Shown here: positions 12,496 to 26,474 of the stretch, in pieces | Position numbering within the stretch: position 1 is the first letter of the stretch | How the letters are laid out: the number at the start of each line of letters is the position of its first letter | Translations under genes and position numbers: made by a program | Source of the DNA: Nemertoderma westbladi | Taxonomy: Eukaryota > Animalia > Xenacoelomorpha | Length of the DNA stretch: 64,000 nucleotides | NCBI GenBank assembly: GCA_032718475.1 | Contig: JAUCBJ010008100.1 | Span: forward strand, 48,612-112,611 | Direction of reading: 5' to 3' | The notes under the pieces: generated by a model | Database searches by the model: none | The model's input: only the letters and a program-made list of their open reading frames with translations | What the model was told of the DNA's origin: nothing

Positions 12496-14592
12496 ATGTC
12501 GCTACAAAGTCATGAATCAGGCGGTTCGCCTCACTCAATCACAGATTACTCTGCAAATAAAGAGACTAATGAATACAACAGTGGAACAGCTACATCTGCT
12601 GTGGATAGCGGTGACCTTCTACCCAATGATGTGGGTGCAGGAGTCCATCCAAAAATTGCGCCAGCAAATCAACTATGGTCTACAGACCCGCTAGAACCAG
12701 TGCAACTACGCACCAAGGAAGCCAAAACCTTAACAATACATGATCTATTCACAAAGACTTTGGAGAAAAATGGAAGTGAGCTGGCATTACGTACAACAGG
12801 TCTGGACACTAAGGTGTGGAGTTACAGTCAGTACTACGATACATCCCGTCGAGCAGCCCGTAGTATGATCCATCTCGGAGTAGAGCCAGGAATGGGAGTT
12901 GGAATCATTGGATTTAACGCACCTCATTGGCTCTTTGCCAACATTGGCGCCATATTCGCAGGGGGTGTATCCGTGGGTTTCTACACAACAAACAATGAGG
13001 TTACCTGTCAGTTCATAGCCAAAGACAGCCGAACGCGACTGATATTCGTAGACAACGCGGCCCAACTCAAGAAGATACTCGCGATTAGAAACAATTTGCC
13101 ACAGTTAAATGCAATAATCATTTGGGACAAGAGTTATGATGTATCCAATGAAACATCTGGGGTTTACACTTGGGATAAATTTATAGGTCTGGGTGAATAT
13201 GTTGATGATGAGACTTTGAACAAACGAATAGCCAATCTACGTGTAAATATGTGTTGCTCGATTATCTACACATCTGGCACAACTGGGAATCCCAAAGGGG
13301 TCATGTTGGCTCATGATAATATCACATGGGCGGCGACTAATACTCCCCGTGAGTTTGGCTTTCTCAATGATGCTCAAGACACTGTTGTGAGTTACCTGCC
13401 ACTCAACCACATTGCTGCACAGATGTTGGACATCTACATGACTCTCACAGTGGCAGGGACTGTAGTCTTTGCCCAACCAGATGCATTGAAGGGGTCACTG
13501 GAAGTGACACTCCGTGAGGCTAGACCCACTCTATTTATGGGAGTGCCGCGTGTCTGGGAGAAGATCATGGAAGCAATGTTAGCCAAGGGCGCACAAGTCT
13601 CTGGAATAAAACAACAAGTGGCCAAGCGGGCCAAAACTATTGGTCTGCATGGTAATAGGGACAAACTAGCTGGGAAGCAGCCACCAATGAAGTTCAGAGT
13701 TGCAGAGAAACTGATTTTCAAGAAAATCCGATATAATATGGGGTTGGATCGGTGCCGCTTGTTCCTGACAGGAGCAGCACCAATCTCACGAGATGTTGTC
13801 GAGTACTTCCTCAGTGTCAACATCCCAATCAATGATGTTTATGGTATGAGTGAGAGCAGTGGGCAGCACTTCAAGTCCCAGTTTCCAGACACACCACTAG
13901 GGAGCTGTGGACAGACAATGCAGGGAACTGATGCTACTTTACATGTTGGGCCTGAAGGTGATGAACTCTGGCTCAAGGGGCGCAATATATTTATGGGTTA
14001 CATAGGCCAGTCGGAGAAAACAAAAGAGGTACTTGATGAAGATGGGTGGCTGCACACTGGGGATCTCGGAAGAGTCGACGAGAATCAGTTCTACTACATA
14101 ACTGGGAGAATCAAAGAGTTAATAATAACAGCTGGGGGGGAGAACATCCCACCGGTAATCATTGAAGAAAACATTAAGGAGCAGCTTCCTTGCATATCCA
14201 ATGTGTGTCTTATTGGAGACCAACGTAAATACTTAACGTGTTTATTAACCCTTAAAGTGGAGGTTGATGAAGAAGGGGAACCTTCACACGTTCTAACAAT
14301 GCCAGTTAAGCGCTGGTGTCAGGAGTTGGGAAGCCACGCCAAGACTGTTGATGATGTCAGATCCGGTAGAGACATTAAGGTAAACAGGGCCATCGACAAG
14401 GGGTTGTTAAACGCAAACAAACGGGCTGCCTCTCGGGTTCAGAAGGTTCAGAAATACCGTGTTTTGGCTTGCGATTTCTCAGTGGAAGGAGGAGAACTCG
14501 GTCCTACTCTGAAACTTAAACGTCACTTCATTCATACTAAGTATATAGATGTTATTGAATCCATGTACAGCGAAGATGACACACGATCTTAA
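12496..14592 (+). CDS. ACSBG2: Long-chain-fatty-acid--CoA ligase, ACSBG/bubblegum family (single coding exon, 698 aa)
   Basis: AMP-binding motif IYTSGTTGNPKG, SYLPLNHIAAQ, YGMSE, GWLHTGD, ITGRIKELIITAGGENIPP and C-terminal GELGPTLKLKR typical of ACSBG. The paralog number is nominal. Confidence 0.93.
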   Translation: MSLQSHESGGSPHSITDYSANKETNEYNSGTATSAVDSGDLLPNDVGAGVHPKIAPANQLWSTDPLEPVQLRTKEAKTLTIHDLFTKTLEKNGSELALRTTGLDTKVWSYSQYYDTSRRAARSMIHLGVEPGMGVGIIGFNAPHWLFANIGAIFAGGVSVGFYTTNNEVTCQFIAKDSRTRLIFVDNAAQLKKILAIRNNLPQLNAIIIWDKSYDVSNETSGVYTWDKFIGLGEYVDDETLNKRIANLRVNMCCSIIYTSGTTGNPKGVMLAHDNITWAATNTPREFGFLNDAQDTVVSYLPLNHIAAQMLDIYMTLTVAGTVVFAQPDALKGSLEVTLREARPTLFMGVPRVWEKIMEAMLAKGAQVSGIKQQVAKRAKTIGLHGNRDKLAGKQPPMKFRVAEKLIFKKIRYNMGLDRCRLFLTGAAPISRDVVEYFLSVNIPINDVYGMSESSGQHFKSQFPDTPLGSCGQTMQGTDATLHVGPEGDELWLKGRNIFMGYIGQSEKTKEVLDEDGWLHTGDLGRVDENQFYYITGRIKELIITAGGENIPPVIIEENIKEQLPCISNVCLIGDQRKYLTCLLTLKVEVDEEGEPSHVLTMPVKRWCQELGSHAKTVDDVRSGRDIKVNRAIDKGLLNANKRAASRVQKVQKYRVLACDFSVEGGELGPTLKLKRHFIHTKYIDVIESMYSEDDTRS

Positions 14593-15153
14593 ATATATGA
14601 CTTCACCAGTGAAACTTAAACGAGAGACATAATGGTGATTATCGGAGCCAACAATTAATTGGACAGTAAGCTAATTTTATCATTTTAAATGGAAAGTTTT
14701 AGAAGGAAAAAAGGTAACTTAAATTGTGATTATCGCGATGTGATTGTCTGAATGGCCAATATATTAGCTCTCGAATGGGCCTTAAATCATCATGATTGGA
14801 CAGCTAGATCCAGAGTTACTATTTATTAGCCAGTTGTAAGACTTGATTACTGTAAGAAAAAAAAGCTTCTGACTACTGACTCGACTACTACCTACTATCT
14901 ACTGACCTAGAGCAAAAAGGCTATAACGATTTTGATGAAATTTTGCATGAACCATTTAAACAGATTTCTAAGGGTACTTGTGAAATCGCAATTTAAATTA
15001 AAACATCTCAACTTGTTTTATTCAACTCAACTTGTCGCTCTATTTTCAGTTGTCTCTATGTTCAGTTGTCTCTATGTTCAAAGTGGAGAATTCCTGAGAA
15101 ATAAGATTTCAAAGATTAGACCGACAGACCGAATGTCGCATACGAGGTAGAGA

Positions 15154-15191
15154 GAGCTTAGCATATGGGTACCAACCCGTATGCTAAGCTC
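15154..15191. other. 17-bp inverted repeat hairpin
   Basis: GAGCTTAGCATATGGGT-acca-ACCCGTATGCTAAGCTC, one mismatch. Confidence 0.7.
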
Positions 15192-15778
15192 GCTTATTCA
15201 TTTATAAGAATTTATCTTTTATTTATTAACCTATCTCAACTTATACATAGCATAATGAAAAAAAATCATACCCAAAAGAATATAAGTACCAATGTAATAA
15301 ACCAAAATATAACAATATAGAGGGCCATCGATAACTGGATACAAACTAAAACGGTAAGAAAATATCAATAAGAACAAAAAACGGAATAAAGACCCTTAAT
15401 TAAGAGTAAAAAACATGAAAATAAGAAATCACAATGAAATAACTGAAAAAAGTACACAAAAAGGTTTCAATTGGGCAAAAAAGAAAATAATAATGTAAGT
15501 AAACAATTTGTAACTGAGCATGCCATAATATGTAAGCAATTAATCGATTATATGTAATAGAGTGAGAGTCGTTCTTCTAGCCCAGAATGTTTCGTTTCTC
15601 CTACCGCGGCCGGCTCCAGGAACAGATATTGGGGAAGATTTAAATAGAGCTTCCCTCTGCTTTGTCCACCTACTACGCACTGTACAATGGCCAATGATTG
15701 AGAATAACATAGGAATCTTGCCAGAAACAGTCTCAACCAGGAGCGCCGGTCCAGGGAATTCTAATAGAGAGAAAATTT

Positions 15779-18700
15779 GGAAAGGACAATGGTTTGGTGT
15801 ACAGTGCTACTTTAGTAAACACGTCGCTTCGATCCACGGATCGGAAAGGACAATGGTTTGGTGTACAGTGCTACTTTAGGAAACACGTCGCTTCGATCCA
15901 CGGATCGGAAAGGACAATGGTTTGGTGTACAGTGCTACTTTAGGAAACACGTCGCTTCGATCCACGGATCGGAAAGGACAATGTACAGTGCTACTTTAGG
16001 AAACACGTCGCTTTGATCCACGGATCGGAAAGGACAGTGGTTTGGTGTACAGTGCTACTTTAGGAAACACGTCGCTTCGATCCACAGATCGGAAAGGACA
16101 ATGGTTTGGTGTACAGTGCTACTTTAGGAAACACGTTGCTTCGATCCACGGATCGGAAAGGACAATGGTTTGGTGTACAGTGCTACTTTAGGAAACACGT
16201 CGCTTCGATCCACGGATCGGAAAGGACAATGGTTTGGTGTACAGTGCTACTTTAGGAAACACGTCGCTTCGATCCACGGATCGGAAAGGACAATGGTTTG
16301 GTGTACAGTGCTACTTTAGGAAACACGTCGCTTCGATCCACGGATCGGAAAGGACAATGGTTTGGTGTACAGTGCTACTTTAGGAAACACGTCGCTTCGA
16401 TCCACGGATCGGAAAGGACAATGGTTTGGTGTACAGTGCTACTTTAGGAAACACGTCGCTTCGATCCACGGATCGGAAAGGACAATGGTTTGGTGTACAG
16501 TGCTACTTTAGGAAACACGTCGCTTCGATCCACGGATCGGAAAGGACAATGGTTTGGTGTACAGTGCTATTTTAGGAAACACGTCGCTTCGATCCACGGA
16601 TCGGAAAGGACAATAATGGTTTGGTGTACAGTGCTACTTTAGGAAACACGTCGCTTCGATCCACGGATCAGAAAGAACAATGGTTTGGTGTACAGTGCTA
16701 CTTTAGGAAACACGTCGCTTCGATCCACGGATCGGAAAGGACAATGGTTTGGTGTACAGTGCTACTTTAGGAAACACGTCGCTTCGATCCACGGATCGGA
16801 AAGGACAATGGTTTGGTGTACAGTGCTACTTTAGGAAACACGTCGCTTCGATCCACGGATCGGAAAGGACAATGGTTTGGTGTACAGTGCTACTTTAGGA
16901 AACACGTTGCCTCGATCCACGGATCGGAAAGGACAATGTACAGTGCTACTTTAGGAAACACGTCGCTTCGATCCATGGATCGGATAGGACAATGGTTTGG
17001 TGTACAGTGCTACTTTAGGAAACACGTCGCTTCGATCCACGGATCGGAAACGACAATGGTTTGGTGTACAGTGCTACTTTAGGAAACACGTCGCCTCGAT
17101 CCACGGATCGGAAAGGACAATGTACAGTGCTACTTTAGGAAACACGTCGCTTCGATCCATGGATCGGATAGGACAATGGTTTGGTGTACAGTGCTACTTT
17201 AGGAAACACGTCGCCTCGATCCACAGATCGGAAAGGACAATGGTTTGGTGTACAGTGCTACTTTAGGAAACACGTCGCTTCGATCCATGGATCGGATAGG
17301 ACAATGGTTTGGTGTACAGTGCTACTTTAGGAAACACGTCGCTTTGATGCATGGATAGGAAAGGACAATGGTTTGGTGTACAGTGCTACTTTAGGAAACA
17401 CGTCGCTTCGATCCACGGATCGGAAAGGACAATGTACAGTGCTACTTTAGGAAACACGTCGCTTTGATCCACGGATCGGAAAGGACAGTGGTTTGGTGTA
17501 CAGTGCTACTTTAGGAAACACGTCGCTTCGATCCACAGATCGGAAAGGACAATGGTTTGGTGTACAGTGCTACTTTAGGAAACACGTTGCTTCGATCCAC
17601 GGATCGGAAAGGACAATGGTTTGGTGTACAGTGCTACTTTAGGAAACACGTCGCTTCGATCCACGGATCGGAAAGGACAATGGTTTGGTGTACAGTGCTA
17701 CTTTAGGAAACACGTTGCTTCGATCCACGGATCGGAAAGGACAATGGTTTGGTGTACAGTGCTACTTTAGGAAACACGTCGCTTCGATCCACGGATCGGA
17801 AAGGACAATGGTTTGGTGTACAGTGCTACTTTAGGAAACACGTCGCTTCGATCCATGGATCGGATAGGACAATGGTTTGGTGTACAGTGCTACTTTAGGA
17901 AACACGTCGCTTTGATGCATGGATAGGAAAGGACAGTGGTTTGGTGTACAGTGCTACTTTAGGAAACACGTCGCTTCGATCCACGGATCGGAAAGGACAA
18001 TGGTTTGGTGTACAGTGCTACTTTAGGAAACACGTTGCTTCGATCCACGGATCGGAAAGGACAATGGTTTGGTGTACAGTGCTACTTTAGGAAACACGTC
18101 GCTTTGATCCACGAATCGGAATGGACAATGGTTTGGTGTACAGTGCTACTTTAGGAAACACGTCGCTTCGATCCACGGATCGGAAAGGACAATGGTTTGG
18201 TGTACAGTGCTACTTTAGGAAACACGTCGCTTCGATCCACGGATCGGAAAGGACAATGGTTTGGTGTACAGTGCTACTTTAGGAAACACGTCGCTTCGAT
18301 CCACGGATCGGAAAGGACAATGGTTTGGTGTACAGTGCTACTTTAGGAAACACGTCGCTTCGATCCACGGATCGGAAAGGACAATGGTTTGGTGTACAGT
18401 GCTACTTTAGGAAACACGTCGCTTCGATCCACGGATCGGAAAGGACAATGGTTTGGTGTACAGTGCTACTTTAGGCAACACATCGCTTCGATCCACGGAT
18501 CGGAAAGGACAATGGTTTGGTGTACAGTGCTACTTTAGAAAACACGTTGCCTCGATCCACGGATCGGAAAGGACAATGTACAGTGCTACTTTAGGAAACA
18601 CGTCGCTTCGATCCATGGATCGGATAGGACAATGGTTTGGTGTACAGTGCTACTTTAGGAAACACGTCGCTTCGATCCACGGATCGGAAACGACAATGGT

Positions 18701-21427
18701 TTGGTGTACAGTGCTACTTTAGGAAACACGTCGCCTCGATCCACGGATCGGAAAGGACAATGTACAGTGCTACTTTAGGAAACACGTCGCTTCGATCCAT
18801 GGATCGGATAGGACAATGGTTTGGTGTACAGTGCTACTTTAGGAAACACGTCGCCTCGATCCACAGATCGGAAAGGACAATGGTTTGGTGTACAGTGCTA
18901 CTTTAGGAAACACGTCGCTTCGATCCATGGATCGGATAGGACAATGGTTTGGTGTACAGTGCTACTTTAGGAAACACGTCGCTTTGATGCATGGATAGGA
19001 AAGGACAATGGTTTGGTGTACAGTGCTACTTTAGGAAACACGTCGCTTCGATCCACGGATCGGAAAGGACAATGTACAGTGCTACTTTAGGAAACACGTC
19101 GCTTTAATCCACGGATCGGAAAGGACAGTGGTTTGGTGTACAGTGCTACTTTAGGAAACACGTCGCTTCGATCCACAGATCGGAAAGGACAATGGTTTGG
19201 TGTACAGTGCTACTTTAGGAAACACGTTGCTTCGATCCACGGATCGGAAAGGACAATGGTTTGGTGTACAGTGCTACTTTAGGAAACACGTTGCTTCGAT
19301 CCACGGATTGGAAAGGACAATGGTTTGGTGTACAGTGCTACTTTAGGAAACACGTTGCTTCGATCCACGGATCGGAAAGGACAATGGTTTGGTGTACAGT
19401 GCTACTTTAGGAAACACGTCGCTTCGATCCACGGATCGGAAAGGACAATGGTTTGGTGTACAGTGCTACTTTAGGAAACACGTCGCTCCGACCCACGGAT
19501 CGGAAAGGACAAAGGTTTGGTGTACAGTGCTACTTTAGGAAACACGTCGCCTCGATCCACGGATCGGAAAGGACAATGTACAGTGCTACTTTAGGAAACA
19601 CGTCGCTTCGATCCATGGATCGGATAGGACAATGGTTTGGTGTACAGTGCTACTTTAGGAAACACGTCGCCTCGATCCACGGATCGGAAAGGACAATGGT
19701 TTGGTGTACAGTGCTACTTTAGGAAACACGTCGCTTCGATCCATGGATAGGAAAGGACAGTGGTTTGGTGTACAGTGCTACTTTAGGAAACACGTCGCTT
19801 TGATCCATGGATAGGAAAGGACAGTGGTTTGGTGTACAGTGCTACTTTAGGAAACACGTCGCTTCGATCCACGGATCGGAAAGGACAATGGTTTGGTGTA
19901 CAGAGCTACTTTAGGAAACACGTCGCTTCGATCCATGGATAGGAAAGGACAGTGGTTTGGTGTACAGTGCTACTTTAGGAAACACGTCGCTTCGATCCAC
20001 GGATCGGAAAGGACAATGGTTTGGTGTACAGTGCTACTTTAGGAAACACGTTGCTTCGATCCACGGATCGGAAAGGACAATGGTTTGGTGTACAGTGCTA
20101 CTTTAGGAAACACGTCGCTTCGATCCACGGATCGGAAAGGACAATGGTTTGGTGTACAGTGCTACTTTAGGAAACACGTCGCTCCGACCCACGGATCGGA
20201 AAGGACAATGGTTTGGTGTACAGTGCTACTTTAGGAAACACGTCGCCTCGATCCACGGATCGGAAAGGACAATGTACAGTGCTACTTTAGGAAACACGTC
20301 GCTTCGATCCACGGATCGGAAAGGACAATGGTTTGGTGTACAGTGCTACTTTAGGAAACACGTCGCTCCGACCCACGGATCGGAAAGGACAATGGTTTGG
20401 TGTACAGTGCTACTTTAGGAAACACGTCGCTTTGATGCACGGATCAGAAAGGACAATGGTTTGGTGTACAGTGCTACTTTAGGAAACACGTCGCCTCGAT
20501 CCACGGATCGGAAAGGACAATGTACAGTGCTACTTTAGGAAACACGTCGCTCCGACCCACGGATCGGAAAGGACAATGGTTTGGTGTACAGTGCTACTTT
20601 AGGAAACACGTCGCCTCGATCCACGGATCGGAAAGGACAATGTACAGTGCTACTTTAGGAAACACGTCGCTCCGACCCACGGATCGGAAAGGACAATGGT
20701 TTGGTGTACAGTGCTACTTTAGGAAACACGTCGCCTCGATCCACGGATCGGAAAGGACAATGGTTTGGTGTACAGTGCTACTTTAGGAAACACGTCGCTT
20801 TGATGCACGGATCAGAAAGGACAATGGTTTGGTGTACAGTGCTACTTTAGGAAACACGTCGCCTCGATCCACGGATCGGAAAGGACAATGTACAGTGCTA
20901 CTTTAGGAAACACGTCGCTCCGACCCACGGATCGGAAAGGACAATGGTTTGGTGTACAGTGCTACTTTAGGAAACACGTCGCCTCGATCCACGGATCGGA
21001 AAGGACAATGTACAGTGCTACTTTAGGAAACACGTCGCTCCGACCCACGGATCGGAAAGGACAATGGTTTGGTGTACAGTGCTACTTTAGGAAACACGTC
21101 GCCTCGATCCACGGATCGGAAAGGACAATGTACAGTGCTACTTTAGGAAACACGTCGCTTCGATCCATGGATCGGATAGGACAATGGTTTGGTGTACAGT
21201 GCTACTTTAGGAAACACGTCGCTTCGATCCACGGATCGGAAAGGACAATGGTTTGGTGTACAGTGCTACTTTAGGAAACACGTCGCTTTGATCCATGGAT
21301 CGGAAAGGACAATGGTTTGGTGTGCAGTGCTACTTTAGGAAACACGTCGCTTCGATCCATGGATCGAATAGGACAATGGTTTGGTGTACAGTGCTACTTT
21401 AGGAAACACGTCGCTTCGATGCATGGA
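15779..21427. repeat. 64-bp satellite array (~5.6 kb, about 90 units, with 56-bp deletion variant)
   Basis: Unit AAAGGACAATGGTTTGGTGTACAGTGCTACTTTAGGAAACACGTCGCTTCGATCCACGGATCGG; the variant lacks GGTTTGGT. Confidence 0.99.
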
Positions 21428-22011
21428 ATTGACCATGCCAAACATACTCCTAAACCATTAATTTAGTAGGTAACTTTCAAGTCTCTAACTTTGCTCGCCC
21501 AGTTGAGTGTTATGTACAAGCATATGTTTCAGCTGCATAAAATATGCTGCTTTACAATACACCTACCTACATTAATCATTCACTAACTCTCATTAATAGC
21601 TATAATTTGACTTGTAATATACAAATTGTGTTTAATACAGTAGTAATAATAACTAAAAAGATAATTATTAAATAATATAAATAATGCGGTTGAAACAGAT
21701 GTTTGCAATAATTTATCATATTATACCAGAACCAACTACGAAAGGGAATAATTTAATATATATATAATATAAATAATTCATATATTATACATTATGACGT
21801 CACAATATCTTACTTTAAATAGTGAGGGATGTAAATCAGAATCTATTTTCTTTAAATCACTCGGTAAATTTTGCATTTTAAATCTTTACCACACGTTGCT
21901 ATAGTAATAATTGAGTAACGTTAAAGTTTTCAGAAAATAATTCCAAGAAACCGCGATATTTCTCGACTTCACGCAAAACTTCCAGTAAAGTTATTAGTCA
22001 CTACTGGTTTA

Positions 22012-22042
<31 letters not shown>

Positions 22043-23193
22043 TCAATCATACATAATCGTTAGTAAAATACAACCAGTACAGGAGCACAAATTAATTAAG
22101 TATTACATAAGTAAATAATTCTAAATATTACGTACATAAATATTCGGTTACTGAGGAAGGATTACCATGACGATGTATTTTAATTGAGAAACCAAATTTC
22201 TACTTAAGTATAAATATACTACAACTGCAACAGAGCCCCGGCTTGGTCGTCGGTAAAACCAGTAGTACAACTATCCAGTAGCAACCAGTAAAACCAGTAA
22301 AACTCCAATTTATTTATTTAAAACCAGCAATGGCCATCTATCTCACCTGTTTAATTAAATCGACATAGTTCTTTACATACACCCACCGAGAGAAAGCCGC
22401 ACCAATATTAGATTATTACAACAACATATCCATTGGGTAAGAAAGTGGAGGAGAGCCAGCCCGTCTCTTAATTTTTTACTTTATATTACGCGATCAATTT
22501 TCACTCATCTCGTCATGAACCCAACATGTATGTAACCTTTTGTTAAATTTGTTGGCTATGCGTTTGCGGTTGTTTGGGCGGAGTGTGGTAGGCCTACACT
22601 TTTCACACTTAAATATTTTGGTTGTGAAATGTTACAGGGCATAGCTATCTGAGATATTTCATTTATATTTTATTATGAGAGGAAGAAGAACATACAACGT
22701 TATTTACTATATATGTAACAAAATAATTGTTTTCGGGTTTAACTTGGAAGCCTCTCCAAATAGTTGATATACAATTATATTTAAAATTATTTCCATGGTC
22801 ATGGTCATTCACCCGTCTTTAGTTAGAAATTTGTTTGCATGAAAGACAGTTTAGTTTAGTTTTTACTGATTTATTATCTCTTATCTGACTGGGGTAATAA
22901 TAAAGGATAGGATAAATGGAAGCAAAGTGTGACAGTAAAAAATATTTCCCCGTCACCCTAGCATGTCTTAAGTATATGATATATCAAAGGGGGAAGTTTG
23001 GATTCACTGCATAAATGCAGTTCACCAAACTTCCCCCGAATGCACACTGTAACTTCCCCCTTCCCACAAATATCCATTGTTGAATTAATTTGAAGCGATA
23101 TAATAAGTACAAAATTGTGCGAGTTTTTAATTGTGTAGTCCATTTGTTAATTGATCTCTATTTATTGTTTAAAGTGCATTTAATATCACACTG

Positions 23194-26100
23194 GGTGGGA
23201 TAAATATTTCTCCATTTGACGCAACACCGCCGCGGCCGCTATGAGGGAGGTGAATACCGCGGCCGCTCCTAAAGCCGCAGGCCATCGCTAACTATATAGG
23301 TTAACTTGGGATTCTGGGGGACTTTTCGATGAAGGAACTGACCAAATTTTTTTATTTTCTCACCAGGGGAGCGGCTCGGAATTCTAAGATATTAGCAACT
23401 CTAACATTATTAAATCTAACCCTTCGACGGACACGGCGGACAAAAAACCGTCATTTTTTCGACAATTTTAAATTTTTTTTGAAAGGCGCTCTACAGTGGC
23501 TCGAAAAAACCCTAGGTTATTGCTTAGCCGACGCCGGGATACGATAGAAGGGATTAATTAGTGAATTCGTTTTTTTTTTCAAAAAAGATTACCACGCCTT
23601 TTTTCCGAAAATGTCCGTCAAAGTTGAAAAAACGGACAAAATGACTTTGCGGGATCCGCTATAACTCGGCTAATATTAATCGTACGGGGACGAAAGTAAC
23701 GCGGTTGGAAAGGGGAAGAGTGGTACTACCTTCGTATCGAATGGGGGTAAGATATTTATTAAAATTTCGGGTGGAAAAAGGGGCTGTAAATTTGTACGTT
23801 TTTGTCCGTCTTTTTTGGAAAACTTATTTCCGAAATGTTTAATTCGACAACGCACGCGGGTAGGAATCCACTAATTCTTTTATGAAACTCGTAGAAGACC
23901 ATTGGGGCTACGTTCCTATCGAATGGGGGTACAAAAAATATGTCGGCAATAGGGGCCAAAAAGGGCCAGAATTTGTAAAGTAGTTTTTATCGAATAATTT
24001 TTTATTTTTAACTTTAGTTGGTTAAGGTACATTCTATACAGTCAATATCCATACGGGGAATTCAAATATGCTATCGATTTTGCTCCAAGGATGATATTAA
24101 AAAAATGAGGGCCAAAATTATAATTTCGCGCTTCAAACTTGCTTCGCGGGAAATCGTCTAGCTCGAAAACTAATTAACTTACGGGAGATTTGTTTACACA
24201 GACTTATAGTGCGTTAAATTATCTATCTAACAGCGTTGATCACAGCGCCGGAGGTATTATAAAACTGGAGCGGCAGGCGATCGTGTGAAATATAATATTT
24301 ATAAAAAGGGACGAAAAATTTTTTTTTTAACAAATGGCTATTCCATTATAATTTGGCGTATTGCGCCAAAAGTACCTGTAAAAGTATCAAATTAACTCCG
24401 CTATCTTTTATTTTAACATATATAATTAAAATTACGAATTTTAAGGGTCGAAAAATATCGCGTTATTTTGGCCCTTTTTTTTTAATTTTTTTGGGGCCAA
24501 AAATAACCCCTTCTCAAAAGATTAAGAAAAAAATTACGGCAAAGAATATACAAATTTTATTGAATTTGGACCACCAGAACCGAAGTTAGAGCGATTTTAG
24601 TGAAAAAAAAAATAATTTTTTTTGCAAAAAAATTAAGAATGGTCAGGTCAATATTGGATTTCGAACCCGCGAACTTAGGTTTCATTAACGTGATTGATAA
24701 CCACTAGACTATGTGACCAAGAGAATTTGAAATTTTCAAGTGACTATTTTTAAACATCAATAACTTCGGTTCTACTGGGCCGTTTGATCTGAAACTTTTT
24801 TCATTGGATAGAGGATAGATTGTAATGTGTGAAATAGGATACAACTTGGGAAAAGACGCATAATAAGACTTAGTGCAAAATGCACTTAAATAGTGAACAT
24901 TTTTTCGATATTTCAAACACTATTATTTCCAGTTCTATTCATCGTAGAATGTTAGTTTTTGGGTTAAAATGTAGTTTGGAATGATTTCTAACTATAATCG
25001 TAACATTTGTTTAACTTTTTATGTCTATAAAGTGACTTAAAATGTCCATGAATATGGTCCAAAATCGCAAATCCAGATTTATTAAATTGGATTTTTGACA
25101 CTTTTAGCGACTGACACTTGATCATACACCATCGTAGATCGGTAGAGGATAAACATAAGTTTGTTAAATAAGAGCCACCATTACGATCTGCTAAAGTGCA
25201 TTTGTACAAATAAGTGTGCAAAAGTGCAAATTTTTTAATAAGGTCAAATTATATAGTATTGGGTTATTTTCTTTGCAGATACTTTATTTTCATATTAATA
25301 TGTTGTTTGAACCTTACTGAGCGCATTAGGGGATATGCGTACAAATAACCGGCCCTTATGAGGCTTCGATTGGGTAAATTAATAAAACATAAGGTTGTAT
25401 AGTATAATATTCTAAAAACCAGTGTGATATTAAATGCACTTTAAATAATAAATAGAAATCAAATAACAATTGGACCACACAATTAAAAACACGCACAATT
25501 TTGTACTTATTATATCGCTTCAAATTAATTCAACAGTGGATATTTGGGGGAAGGGGGAAGTTACAGTGTGCATTCGGGGGAAGTTTGGTGAACTGCATTT
25601 ATGCATTGAATCCAAACTTCCCCCTTTGATATATCATATACTTAAGACATGCTAGGGTGACGGGGAAATATTTGTTACTGTCACACTTTCCTTCCATTTA
25701 TCCTATCCTTTATTATTACCCCAGTCAGATAAGAGATAATAAATCAGTAAAAACTAAACTAAACTGTCTTTCATGCAAACAAATTTCTAACTAAAGACGG
25801 GTGAATGACCATGACCATGGAAATAATTTTAAATATAATTGTATATCAACTATTTGGGGAGGCTTCCAAGTTAAACCCGAAAACAATTATTTTGTTACAT
25901 AGTAAATAACGTTGTATGTTCTTCTTCCTCTCATAATAAAATATAAATGAAATATCTCAGATCGCTATGCCCTGTAACATTTCACAACCAAAATATTTAA
26001 GTGTGAAAAGTGTAGGCCTACCACACTCCGCCCAAACAACCGCAAACGCATAGCCAACAAATTTAACAAAAGGTTACATACATGTTGGGTTCATGACGAG

Positions 26101-26221
26101 ATGAGTGAAAATTGATTGCGTAATATAAAGTAAAAAATTAAGAGACGGGCTGGCTCTCCTCCACTTTCTTACCCAATGGATATGTTTTTGTAATAATCTA
26201 ATATTGGGGCGGCTTTCTCTC
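23194..26221 (+). mobile_element. Element E, intact copy E1 (3028 bp) nested in E0 in opposite orientation
   Basis: Ends GGTGGGATAAATATT...GGCGGCTTTCTCTC, identical in all three copies; no long ORF. Confidence 0.9.
24646..24718 (-). ncRNA. tRNA-like 73-nt sequence within E1
   Basis: GGTCACATAGTCTAGTGGTT...GGGTTCGAAATCCAATATTGACC: A box, B box, partial acceptor stem GGTCA/TGACC, followed by a T-run. Confidence 0.65.
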
Positions 26222-26474
26222 GTTTTTTAGAATATTACAACCTTATGTTTTATTTATTAACCCAATCGAAGCCTTAATAAGGGCCGGTTATTTGTACGCA
26301 TATCCCCTAATGCGCTCAGTAAGGTTCAAACAACATATTAATGTGAAAATAAGTATCTGCAAAGAAAAGAACCCAGCAATACTATATAATTTGACCTTAT
26401 TAAAAAATTTGCACTTTTGCACACTTATTTGTACAAATGCACTTTAGCAGATCGTAATGGTGGCTCTTATTTAA

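Noticed and set aside
15779-21427. CRISPR array or hammerhead-ribozyme repeat
   Set aside because: Units are contiguous with no unique spacers, no cas genes are present, and no CUGANGA core is seen on either strand.
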